Origin: Auanema rhodensis
Taxonomy: Eukaryota > Animalia > Nematoda
Reading direction: 5' to 3'
NCBI GenBank assembly: GCA_964057225.1
Contig: OZ059894.1
Coordinates: 2,914,001 to 2,978,000, forward strand
Length of the DNA: 64,000 nucleotides
The notes below the pieces were generated by a model. It made no database searches, was not told where the DNA came from, and saw nothing but the letters and a program-made list of their open reading frames with translations. How positions within the stretch are numbered: position 1 is the first letter of the stretch; every line of letters starts with the position of its first letter. Made by a program: the position numbers and the translations under genes. Below are positions 41,763 through 54,748 of this stretch, one piece after another.

Positions 41763-44219
41763 ATCATTTTTCAAACAATCATAACTAATTTCTGTATTAA
41801 GCGTTTTTCAATGTAGTATAGTGCATTCGATGCGGACTTTCAAGCTGCGTCGATCTGTGTTATCAGATTTGCGCTAGCTTAAAAATGCACCGAGATATCA
41901 ACTGATATAAGTTCACACTTATATCCTCGATTTTCACCCTGAAGAATTAATTTTTTCGATGAATAACATTGTCCATCGTCTTTGCCTTGAAAAAAAGAAT
42001 CTAAAAACATCTACTTTTCGCTAAATTATTTTGAAATTTTTTGAAAAAATTTTTGTCAAAATGTTTTTGGAAGCAATGTTGAGTGTACATGGAAACTCAA
42101 CATACACTAATGCATCATTTTTCAAACGATCATAACTAAATTTTGTATTAAGCGTTTTTCAATGTAGTATAGTGCATTCGATGCGGATTTTCAAGCTGCG
42201 TCGATCTGTGTTATCAGATTTGCGCTAGCTTAAAAATGCACCGAGATATCAACTGATATAAGTTCACACTTATATCCTCGATTTTCACCCTGAAGAATTA
42301 ATTTTTTCGATGAATAACATTGTCCATCGTCTTTGCCTTGAAAAAAGGAATCTAAAAACATCTACTTTTCGCTAAATTATTTTGAAATTTTTCGAAAAAA
42401 TTTTTGTCAAAATGTTTTTGGAAGCAATGTTGAGTGTACATGGAAACTCAACATACACTAATGCATCATTTTTCAAACAATCATAACTAATTTTTGTATT
42501 AAGCGTTTTTCAATGTAGTATAGTGCATTCGATGCGGATTTTTAAGCTGCGTCGATCTGTGTTATCCGATTTGCGCTAGCTTAAAAATGCACCGAGATAT
42601 CAACTGATATAAGTTCACACTTATATCCTCGATTTTCACCCTGAAGAATTAATTTTTTCGATGAATAACATTGTCCATCGTCTTTGCCTTGAAAAAAGGA
42701 ATCTAAAAACATCTACTTTTCGCTAAATTATTTTGAAATTTTTCGAAAAAATTTTTGTCAAAATGTTTTTGGAAGCAATGTTGAGTGTACATGGAAACTC
42801 AACATACACTAATGCATCATTTTTCAAACAATCATAACTAATTTTTGTATTAAGCGTTTTTCAATGTAGTATAGTGCATTCGATGCGGATTTTTAAGCTG
42901 CGTCGATCTGTGTTATCCGATTTGCGCTAGCTTAAAAATGCACCGAGATATCAACTGATATAAGTTCACACTTATATCCTCGATTTTCACCCTGAAGAAT
43001 TAATTTTTTCGATGAATAACATTGTCCATCGTCTTTGCCTTGAAAAAAAGAATCTAAAAACATCTACTTTTTGCTAAATTATTTTGAAATTTTTCGAAAA
43101 AATTTTTGTCAAAATGTTTTTGGAAGCAATGTTGAGTGTACATGGAAACTCAACATACACTAATGCATCATTTTTCAAACGATCATAACTAATTTTTGTA
43201 TTAAGCGTTTTTCAATGTAGTATAGTGCATTCGATGCGGATTTTCAAGCTGCGTCGATCTGTGTTATCAGATTTGCGCTAGCTTAAAAATGCACCGAGAT
43301 ATCAACTGATATAAGTTCACACTTATATCCTCGATTTTCACCCTGAAGAATTAATTTTTTCGATGAATAACATTGTCCATCGTCTTTGCCTTGAAAAAAG
43401 AAATCTAAAAACATCTACTTTTCGCTAAATTATTTTGAAATTTTTCGAAAAAATTTTTGTCAAAATGTTTTTGGAAGCAATGTTGAGTGTACATGGAAAC
43501 TCAACATACACTAATGCATCATTTTTCAAACAATCATAACTAATTTTTGTATTAAGCGTTTTTCAATGTAGTATAGTGCATTCGATGCGGATTTTTAAGC
43601 TGCGTCGATCTGTGTTATCCGATTTGCGCTAGCTGAAAAATGCACCGAGATATCAACTGATATAAGTTCACACATATATCCTCGATTTTCACCCTGAAGA
43701 ATTATTTTTTTCGATGAATAACATTGTCCATCGTCTTTGCCTTGAAAAAAGAAATCTAAAAACATCTACTTTTCGCTAAATTATTTTGAAATTTTTCGAA
43801 AAAATTTTTGTCAAAATGTTTTTGGAAGCAATGTTGAGTGTACATGGAAACTCAACATACACTAATGCATCATTTTTCAAACGATCATAACTAATTTTTG
43901 TATTAAGCGTTTTTCAATGTAGTATAGTGCATTCGATGCGGATTTTCAAGCTGCGTCGATCTGTGTTATCAGATTTGCGCTAGCTTAAAAATGCACCGAG
44001 ATATCAACTGATATAAGTTCACACTTATATCCTCGATTTTCACCCTGAAGAATTAATTTTTTCGATGAATAACATTGTCCATCGTCTTTGCCTTGAAAAA
44101 AGAAATCTAAAAACATCTACTTTCCGCTAAATTATTTTGAAATTTTTCGAAAAAATTTTTGTCAAAATGTTTTTGGAAGCAATGTTGAGTGTACATGGAA
44201 ACTCAACATACACTAATGC

Positions 44220-47200
44220 ATCATTTTTCAAACAATCATAACTAATTTTTGTATTAAGCGTTTTTCAATGTAGTATAGTGCATTCGATGCGGATTTTTAA
44301 GCTGCGTCGATCTGTGTTATCCGATTTGCGCTAGCTGAAAAATGCACCGAGATATCAACTGATATAAGTTCACACATATATCCTCGATTTTCACCCTGAA
44401 GAATTATTTTTTTCGTTGAATAACATTGTCCATCGTCTTTGCCTTGAAAAAAGGAATCTAAAAACATCTACTTTTCGCTAAATTATTCTGAAATTTTTTG
44501 AAAAAATTTTTGTCAAAATGTTTTTGGAAGCAATGTTGAGTGTACATGGAAACTCAACATACACTAATGCATCATTTTTCAAACGATCATAACTAATTTC
44601 TGTATTAAGCGTTTTTCAATGTAGTATAGTGCATTCGATGCGGACTTTCAAGCTGCGTCGATCTGTGTTATCAGATTTGCGCTAGCTTAAAAATGCACCG
44701 AGATATCAACTGATATAAGTTCACACTTATATCCTCGATTTTCACCCTGAAGAATTAATTTTTTCGATGAATAACATTGTCCATCGTCTTTGCCTTAAAA
44801 AAATGAATCTAAAAACATCTACTTTTCGCTAAATTATTTTGAAATTTTTCGAAAAAATTTTTGTCAAAATGTTTTTGGAAGCAATGTTGAGTGTACATGG
44901 AAACTCAACATACACTAATGCATCATTTTTCAAACGATCATAACTAATTTCTGTATTAAGCGTTTTTCAATGTAGTATAGTGCATTCGATGCGGATTTTT
45001 AAGCTGCGTCGATCTGTGTTATCCGATTTGCGCTAGCTGAAAAATGCACCGAGATATCAACTGATATAAGTTCACACATATATCCTCGATTTTCACCCTG
45101 AAGAATTATTTTTTTCGTTGAATAACATTGTCCATCGTCTTTGCCTTGAAAAAAGGAATCTAAAAACATCTACTTTTCGCTAAATTATTTTGAAATTTTT
45201 TGAAAAAATTTTTGTCAAAATGTTTTTGGAAGCAATGTTGAGTGTACATGGAAACTCAACATACACTAATGCATCATTTTTCAAACGATCATAACTAATT
45301 TCTGTATTAAGCGTTTTTCAATGTAGTATAGTGCATTCGATGCGGACTTTCAAGCTGCGTCGATCTGTGTTATCAGATTTGCGCTAGCTTAAAAATGCAC
45401 CGAGATATCAATTGATATAAGTTCACACTTATATCCTCGATTTTCACCCTGAAGAATTAATTTTTTCGATGAATAACATTGTCCATCGTCTTTGCCTTGA
45501 AAAAATGAATCTAAAAACATCTACTTTTCGCTAAATTATTTTGAAATTTTTCGAAAAAATTTTTGTCAAAATGTTTTTGGAAGCAATGTTGAGTGTACAT
45601 GGAAACTCAACATACACTAATGCATCATTTTTCAAACGATCATAACTAATTTCTGTATTAAGCGTTTTTCAATGTAGTATAGTGCATTCGATGCGGATTT
45701 TCAAGCTGCGTCGATCTGTGTTATCCGATTTGCGCTAGCTTAAAAATGCACCGAGATATCAACTGATATAAGTTCACACTTATATCCTCGATTTTCACCC
45801 TGAAGAATTAATTTTTTCGATGAATAACATTGTCCATCGTCTTTGCCTTGAAAAAATGAATCTAAAAACATCTACTTTTCGCTAAATTATTTTGAAATTT
45901 TTCGAAAAAATTTTTGTCAAAATGTTTTTGGAAGCAATGTTGAGTGTACATGGAAACTCAACATACACTAATGCATCATTTTTCAAACGATCATAACTAA
46001 TTTCTGTATTAAGCGTTTTTCAATGTAGTATAGTGCATTCGATGCGGATTTTTAAGCTGCGTCGATCTGTGTTATCCGATTTGCGCTAGCTGAAAAATGC
46101 ACCGAGATATCAACTGATATAAGTTCACACATATATCCTCGATTTTCACCCTGAAGAATTATTTTTCTCGTTGAATAACATTGTCCATCGTCTTTGCCTT
46201 GAAAAAAGAAATCTAAAAACATCTACTTTTCGCTAAATTATTTTGAAATTTTTTGAAAAAATTTTTGTCAAAATGTTTTTGGAAGCAATGTTGAGTGTAC
46301 ATGGAAACTCAACATACACTAATGCATCATTTTTCAAACGATCATAACTAATTTCTGTATTAAGCGTTTTTCAATGTAGTATAGTGCATTCGATGCGGAC
46401 TTTCAAGCTGCGTCGATCTGTGTTATCAGATTTGCGCTAGCTTAAAAATGCACCGAGATATCAACTGATATAAGTTCACACTTATATCCTCGATTTTCAC
46501 CCTGAAGAATTAATTTTTTCGATGAATAACATTGTCCATCGTCTTTGCCTTGAAAAAATGAATCTAAAAACATCTACTTTTCGCTAAATTATTTTGAAAT
46601 TTTTCGAAAAAATTTTTGTCAAAATGTTTTTGGAAGCAATGTTGAGTGTACATGGAAACTCAACATACACTAATGCATCATTTTTCAAACGATCATAACT
46701 AATTTCTGTATTAAGCGTTTTTCAATGTAGTATAGTGCATTCGATGCGGATTTTCAAGCTGCGTCGATCTGTGTTATCCGATTTGCGCTAGCTGAAAAAT
46801 GCACCGAGATATCAACTGATATAAGTTCACACATATATCCTCGATTTTCACCCTGAAGAATTATTTTTTTCGTTGAATAACATTGTCCATCGTCTTTGCC
46901 TTGAAAAAAGGAATCTAAAAACATCTACTTTTCGCTAAATTATTTTGAAATTTTTTGAAAAAATTTTTGTCAAAATGTTTTTGGAAGCAATGTTGAGTGT
47001 ACATGGAAACTCAACATACACTAATGCATCATTTTTCAAACGATCATAACTAATTTCTGTATTAAGCATTTTTCAATGTAGTATAGTGCATTCGATGCGG
47101 ACTTTCAAGCTGCGTCGATCTGTGTTATCAGATTTGCGCTAGCTTAAAAATGCACCGAGATATCAACTGATATAAGTTCACACTTATATCCTCGATTTTC

Positions 47201-49502
47201 ACCCTGAAGAATTAATTTTTTCGATGAATAACATTGTCCATCGTCTTTGCCTTGAAAAAAGGAATCTAAAAACATCTACTTTTCGCTAAATTATTTTGAA
47301 ATTTTTCGAAAAAATTTTTGTCAAAATGTTTTTGGAAGCAATGTTGAGTGTACATGGAAACTCAACATACACTAATGCATCATTTTTCAAACGATCATAA
47401 CTAATTTCTGTATTAAGCGTTTTTCAATGTAGTATAGTGCATTCGATGCGGATTTTTAAGCTGCGTCGATCTGTGTTATCCGATTTGCGCTAGCTGAAAA
47501 ATGCACCGAGATATCAACTGATATAAGTTCACACATATATCCTCGATTTTCACCCTGAAGAATTATTTTTTTCGTTGAATAACATTGTCCATCGTCTTTG
47601 CCTTGAAAAAAGGAATCTAAAAACATCTACTTTTCGCTAAATTATTTTGAAATTTTTTGAAAAAATTTTTGTCAAAATGTTTTTGGAAGCAATGTTGAGT
47701 GTACATGGAAACTCAACATACACTAATGCATCATTTTTCAAACGATCATAACTAATTTCTGTATTAAGCGTTTTTCAATGTAGTATAGTGCATTCGATGC
47801 GGACTTTCAAGCTGCGTCGATCTGTGTTATCAGATTTGCGCTAGCTTAAAAATGCACCGAGATATCAACTGATATAAGTTCACACTTATATCCTCGATTT
47901 TCACCCTGAAGAATTAATTTTTTCGATGAATAACATTGTCCATCGTCTTTGCCTTGAAAAAATGAATCTAAAAACATCTACTTTTCGCTAAATTATTTTG
48001 AAATTTTTCGAAAAAATTTTTGTCAAAATGTTTTTGGAAGCAATGTTGAGTGTACATGGAAACTCAACATACACTAATGCATCATTTTTCAAACGATCAT
48101 AACTAATTTCTGTATTAAGCGTTTTTCAATGTAGTATAGTGCATTCGATGCGGATTTTCAAGCTGCGTCGATCTGTGTTATCCGATTTGCGCTAGCTGAA
48201 AAATGCACCGAGATATCAACTGATATAAGTTCACACATATATCCTCGATTTTCACCCTGAAGAATTATTTTTTTCGTTGAATAACATTGTCCATCGTCTT
48301 TGCCTTGAAAAAAGGAATCTAAAAACATCTACTTTTCGCTAAATTATTTTGAAATTTTTTGAAAAAATTTTTGTCAAAATGTTTTTGGAAGCAATGTTGA
48401 GTGTACATGGAAACTCAACATACACTAATGCATCATTTTTCAAACGATCATAACTAATTTCTGTATTAAGCATTTTTCAATGTAGTATAGTGCATTCGAT
48501 GCGGACTTTCAAGCTGCGTCGATCTGTGTTATCAGATTTGCGCTAGCTTAAAAATGCACCGAGATATCAACTGATATAAGTTCACACTTATATCCTCGAT
48601 TTTCACCCTGAAGAATTAATTTTTTCGATGAATAACATTGTCCATCGTCTTTGCCTTGAAAAAAGGAATCTAAAAACATCTACTTTTTGCTAAATTATTT
48701 TGAAATTTTTCGAAAAAATTTTTGTCAAAATGTTTTTGGAAGCAATGTTGAGTGTACATGGAAACTCAACATACACTAATGCATCATTTTTCAAACGATA
48801 ATAACTAATTTCTGTATTAAGCGTTTTTCAATGTAGTATAGTGCATTCGATGCGGATTTTCAAGCTGCGTCGATCTGTGTTATCCGATTTGCGCTAGCTG
48901 AAAAATGCACCGAGATATCAACTGATATAAGTTCACACATATATCCTCGATTTTCACTCTGAAGAATTATTTTTTTCGTTGAATAACATTGTCCATCGTC
49001 TTTGCCTTGAAAAAAGGAATCTAAAAACATCTACTTTTCGCTAAATTATTTTGAAATTTTTTGAAAAAATTTTTGTCAAAATGTTTTTGGAAGCAATGTT
49101 GAGTGTACATGGAAACTCAACATACACTAATGCATCATTTTTCAAACGATCATAACTAATTTCTCTATTAAGCATTTTTCAATGTAGTATAGTGCATTCG
49201 ATGCGGACTTTCAAGCTGCGTCGATCTGTGTTATCAGATTTGCGCTAGCTTAAAAATGCACCGAGATATCAACTGATATAAGTTCACACTTATATCCTCG
49301 ATTTTCACCCTGAAGAATTAATTTTTTCGATGAATAACATTGTCCATCGTCTTTGCCTTGAAAAAAGGAATCTAAAAACATCTACTTTTTGCTAAATTAT
49401 TTTGAAATTTTTCGAAAAAATTTTTGTCAAAATGTTTTTGGAAGCAATGTTGAGTGTACATGGAAACTCAACATACACTAATGCATCATTTTTCAAACGA
49501 TA
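44220..49502 (+). repeat. Dimeric (702 bp) higher-order repeat with a nested 4-mer
   Basis: X monomers (C103, G118, A157, T188, T280) alternate with Y monomers (C75, C79, A197). AAGCATT marker at 47068, 48472 (+1404) and 49174 (+702). Confidence 0.85.
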
Positions 49503-52500
49503 ATAACTAATTTTTGTATTAAGCGTTTTTCAATGTAGTATAGTGCATTCGATGCGGATTTTTAAGCTGCGTCGAGCTGTGTTATCAGATTTGCGCTAGC
49601 TTAAAAATGCACCGAGATATCAACTGATATAAGTTCACACTTATATCCTCGATTTTCACCCTGAAGAATTAGTTTTTTCGTTGAATAACATTGTCCATCG
49701 TCTTTGCCTTGAAAAAAGGAATCTAAAAACATCTACTTTTCGCCAAATTATTTTGAAATTTTTCGAAAAAATTTTTGTCAAAATGTTTTTGGAAGCAATG
49801 TTGAGTGTACATGGAAACTCAACATACACTAATGCATCATTTTTCAAACGATCATAACTAATTTTTGTATTAAGCGTTTTTTAATGTAGTATAGTGCATT
49901 CGATGCGGATTTTTAAGCTGCGTCGATCTGTGTTATCAGATTTGCGCTAGCTTAAAAATGCACCGAGATATCAACTGATATAAGTTCACACTTATATCCT
50001 CGATTTTCACCCTGAAGAATTAATTTTTTCGTTGAATAACATTGTCCATCGTTTTTGCCTCGAAAAAAGGAATCTAAAAACATCTACTTTTCGCTAAATT
50101 ATTTTGAAATTTTTCGAAAAAATTTTTGTCAAAATGTTTTTGGAAGCAATGTTGAGTGTACATGGAAACTCAACATACACTAATGCATCATTTTTCAAAC
50201 GATCATAACTAATTTTTGTATTAAGCGTTTTTCAATGTAGTATAGTGCATTCGATGCGGATTTTTAAGCTGCGTCGAGCTGTGTTATCAGATTTGCGCTA
50301 GCTTAAAAATGCACCGAGATATCAACTGATATAAGTTCACACATATATCCTCGATTTTCACCCTGAAGAATTAATTTTTTCGTTGAATAACATTGTCCAT
50401 CGTCTTTGCCTTGAAAAAAGGAATCTAAAAACATCTACTTTTCGCTAAATTATTTTGAAATTTTTCGAAAAAATTTTTGTCAAAATGTTTTTGGAAGCAA
50501 TGTTGAGTGTACATGGAAACTCAACATACACTAATGCATCATTTTTCAAACGATCATAACTAATTTTTGTATTAAGCGTTTTTCAATGTAGTATAGTGCA
50601 TTCGATGCGGATTTTTAAGCTGCGTCGATCTGTGTTATCAGATTTGCGCTAGCTTAAAAATGCACCGAGATATCAACTGATATAAGTTCACACTTATATC
50701 CTCGATTTTCACCCTGAAGAATTAATTTTTTCGTTGAATAACATTGTCCATCGTCTTTGCCTTGAAAAAAGGAATCTAAAAACATCTACTTTTCGCTAAA
50801 TTATTTTGAAATTTTTCGAACAAATTTTTGTCAAAATGTTTTTGGAAGCAATGTTGAGTGTACATGGAAACTCAACATACACTAATGCATCATTTTTCAA
50901 ACGATCATAACTAATTTTTGTATTAAGCGTTTTTCAATGTAGTATAGTGCATTCGATGCGGATTTTTAAGCTGCGTCGAGCTGTGTTATCAGATTTGCGC
51001 TAGCTTAAAAATGCACCGAGATATCAACTGATATAAGTTCACACATATATCCTCGATTTTCACCCTGAAGAATTATTTTTTTCGTTGAATAACATTGTCC
51101 ATCGTCTTTGCCTTGAAAAAAGGAATCTAAAAACATCTACTTTTCGCTAAATTATTTTGAAATTTTTTGAAAAAATTTTTGTCAAAATGTTTTTGGAAGC
51201 AATGTTGAGTGTACATGGAAACTCAACATACACTAATGCATCATTTTTCAAACGATCATAACTAATTTCTGTATTAAGCATTTTTCAATGTAGTATAGTG
51301 CATTCGATGCGGACTTTCAAGCTGCGTCGATCTGTGTTATCAGATTTGCGCTAGCTTAAAAATGCACCGAGATATCAACTGATATAAGTTCACACTTATA
51401 TCCTCGATTTTCACCCTGAAGAATTAATTTTTTCGATGAATAACATTGTCCATCGTCTTTGCCTTGAAAAAAGGAATCTAAAAACATGTACTTTTTGCTA
51501 AATTATTTTGAAATTTTTCGAAAAAATTTTTGTCAAAATGTTTTTGGAAGCAATGTTGAGTGTACATGGAAACTCAACATACACTAATGCATCATTTTTC
51601 AAACGATCATAACTAATTTTTGTATTAAGCGTTTTTCAATGTAGTATAGTGCATTCGATGCGGATTTTTAAGCTGCGTCGAGCTGTGTTATCAGATTTGC
51701 GCTAGCTTAAAAATGCACCGAGATATCAACTGATATAAGTTCACACTTATATCCTCGATTTTCACCCTGAAGAATTAGTTTTTTCGTTGAATAACATTGT
51801 CCATCGTCTTTGCCTTAAAAAAGGAATCTGAAAACATCTACTTTTCGCCAAATTATTTTGAAATTTTTCGAAAAAATTTTTGTCAAAATGTTTTTGGAAG
51901 CAATGTTGAGTGTACATGGAAACTCAACATACACTAATGCATCATTTTTCAAACGATCATAACTAATTTTTGTATTAAGCGTTTTTTAATGTAGTATAGT
52001 GCATTCGATGCGGATTTTTAAGCTGCGTCGATCTGTGTTATCAGATTTGCGCTAGCTTAAAAATGCACCGAGATATCAACTGATATAAGTTCACACTTAT
52101 ATCCTCGATTTTCACCCTGAAGAATTAGTTTTTTCGTTGAATAACATTGTCCATCGTCTTTGCCTTGAAAAAAGGAATCTAAAAACATCTACTTTTCGCC
52201 AAATTATTTTGAAATTTTTCGAAAAAATTTTTGTCAAAATGTTTTTGGAAGCAATGTTGAGTGTACATGGAAACTCAACATACACTAATGCATCATTTTT
52301 CAAACGATCATAACTAATTTTTGTATTAAGCGTTTTTCAATGTAGTATAGTGCATTCGATGCGGATTTTTAAGCTGCGTCGAGCTGTGTTATCAGATTTG
52401 CGCTAGCTTAAAAATGCACTGAGATATCAACTGATATAAGTTCACACTTATATCCTCGATTTTCACCATGAAGAATTAATTTTTTCGATGAATAACATTG

Positions 52501-52642
52501 TCCATCGTCTTTGCCTTGAAAAAAGGAATCTAAAAACATCTACTTTTCGCTAAATTATTTTGAAATTTTTCGAAAAAATTTTTGTCAAAATGTTTTTGGA
52601 AGCAATGTTGAGTGTACATGGAAACTCAACATACACTAATGC

Positions 52643-54748
52643 ATCATTTTTCAAACGATCATAACTAATTTTTGTATTAAGCGTTTTTCAATGTAGTATA
52701 GTGCATTCGATGCGGATTTTTAAGCTGCGTCGATCTGTGTTATCAGATTTGCGCTAGCTTAAAAATGCACCGAGATATCAACTGATATAAGTTCACACTT
52801 ATATCCTCGATTTTCACCCTGAAGAATTAATTTTTTCGTTGAATAACATTGTCCATCGTCTTTGCCTTGAAAAAAGGAATCTAAAAACATCTACTTTTCG
52901 CTAAATTATTTTGAAATTTTTCGAACAAATTTTTGTCAAAATGTTTTTGGAAGCAATGTTGAGTGTACATGGAAACTCAACATACACTAATGCATCATTT
53001 TTCAAACGATCATAACTAATTTTTGTATCAAGCGTTTTTCAATGTAGTATAGTGCATTCGATGCGGATTTTCAAGCTGCGTCGATCTGTGTTATCAGATT
53101 TGCGCTAGCTTAAAAATGCACTGAGATATCAACTGATATAAGTTCACACTTATATCCTCGATTTTCACCATGAAGAATTAATTTTTTCGATGAATAACAT
53201 TGTCCATCGTCTTTGCCTTGAAAAAAGGAATCTAAAAACTTCTACTTTTCGCTAAATTATTTTGAAATTTTTCGAAAAAATTTTTGTCAAAATGTTTTTG
53301 GAAGCAATGTTGAGTGTACATGGAAACTCAACATACACTAATGCATCATTTTTCAAACAATCATAACTAATTTTTGTATTAAGCGTTTTTCAATGTAGTA
53401 TAGTGCATTCGATGCGGATTTTTAAGCTGCGTCGATCTGTGTTATCCGATTTGCGCTAGCTGAAAAATGCACCGAGATATCAACTGATATAAGTTCACAC
53501 TTATATCCTCGATTTTCACCCTGAAGAATTAATTTTTTCGTTGAATAACATTGTCCATCGTCTTTGCTTTGAAAAAAGGAATCTAAAAACATCTACTTTT
53601 CGCTAAATTATTTTGAAATTTTTCGAAAAAATTTTTGTCAAAATGTTTTTGGAAGCAATGTTGAGTGTACATGGAAACTCAACATACACTAATGCATCAT
53701 TTTTCAAACGATCATAACTAATTTTTGTATTAAGCGTTTTTCAATGTAGTATAGTGCATTCGATGCGGATTTTTAAGCTGCGTCGATCTGTGTTATCAGA
53801 TTTGCGCTAGCTTAAAAATGCACCGAGATATCAACTGATATAAGTTCACACTTATATCCTCGATTTTCACCCTGAAGAATTAATTTTTTCGTTGAATAAC
53901 ATTGTCCATCGTCTTTGCCTTGAAAAAAGGAATCTAAAAACATCTACTTTTCGCTAAATTATTTTGAAATTTTTCGAACAAATTTTTGTCAAAATGTTTT
54001 TGGAAGCAATGTTGAGTGTACATGGAAACTCAACATACACTAATGCATCATTTTTCAAACGATCATAACTAATTTTTGTATCAAGCGTTTTTCAATGTAG
54101 TATAGTGCATTCGATGCGGATTTTCAAGCTGCGTCGATCTGTGTTATCAGATTTGCGCTAGCTTAAAAATGCACTGAGATATCAACTGATATAAGTTCAC
54201 ACTTATATCCTCGATTTTCACCATGAAGAATTAATTTTTTCGATGAATAACATTGTCCATCGTCTTTGCCTTGAAAAAAGGAATCTAAAAACTTCTACTT
54301 TTCGCTAAATTATTTTGAAATTTTTCGAAAAAATTTTTGTCAAAATGTTTTTGGAAGCAATGTTGAGTGTACATGGAAACTCAACATACACTAATGCATC
54401 ATTTTTCAAACAATCATAACTAATTTTTGTATTAAGCGTTTTTCAATGTAGTATAGTGCATTCGATGCGGATTTTTAAGCTGCGTCGATCTGTGTTATCC
54501 GATTTGCGCTAGCTGAAAAATGCACCGAGATATCAACTGATATAAGTTCACACTTATATCCTCGATTTTCACCCTGAAGAATTAATTTTTTCGTTGAATA
54601 ACATTGTCCATCGTCTTTGCTTTGAAAAAAAGAATCTAAAAACATCTACTTTTTGCTAAATTATTTTGAAATTTTTCGAAAAAATTTTTGTCAAAATGTT
54701 TTTGGAAGCAATGTTGAGTGTACATGGAAACTCAACATACACTAATGC
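52643..54748 (+). repeat. Local 3-monomer higher-order duplication (period 1053 bp)
   Basis: Markers GTATCAAG at 53029/54082, AAAACTTCT at 53240/54293 and TGCTTTG at 53568/54621. Confidence 0.9.

Larger units (their letters stand above)
33441..49510 (+). repeat. Satellite variant domain B
   Basis: T92 (GTCGATCT) is nearly fixed; the only G92 I saw is at 34483. Diagnostic variants are C103 (ATCCGA, first at 33441), G118 (GCTGAAAAA), A15 (AAACAATC), C30 (TTTCTG), C75 (GGACTT), T188 (TTATTT) and frequent A197. Confidence 0.8.

Noticed and set aside
49656-49847. 63-aa minus-strand ORF (MKNDALVYV...)
   Set aside because: It is open only because SNP T260C turns a consensus TAG into TGG. The frame is closed in nearly all other monomers and shows no recognisable protein motif.
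52112-52303. Identical 63-aa minus-strand ORF
   Set aside because: The same T260C variant in another monomer. The identity reflects satellite copying, not protein conservation.
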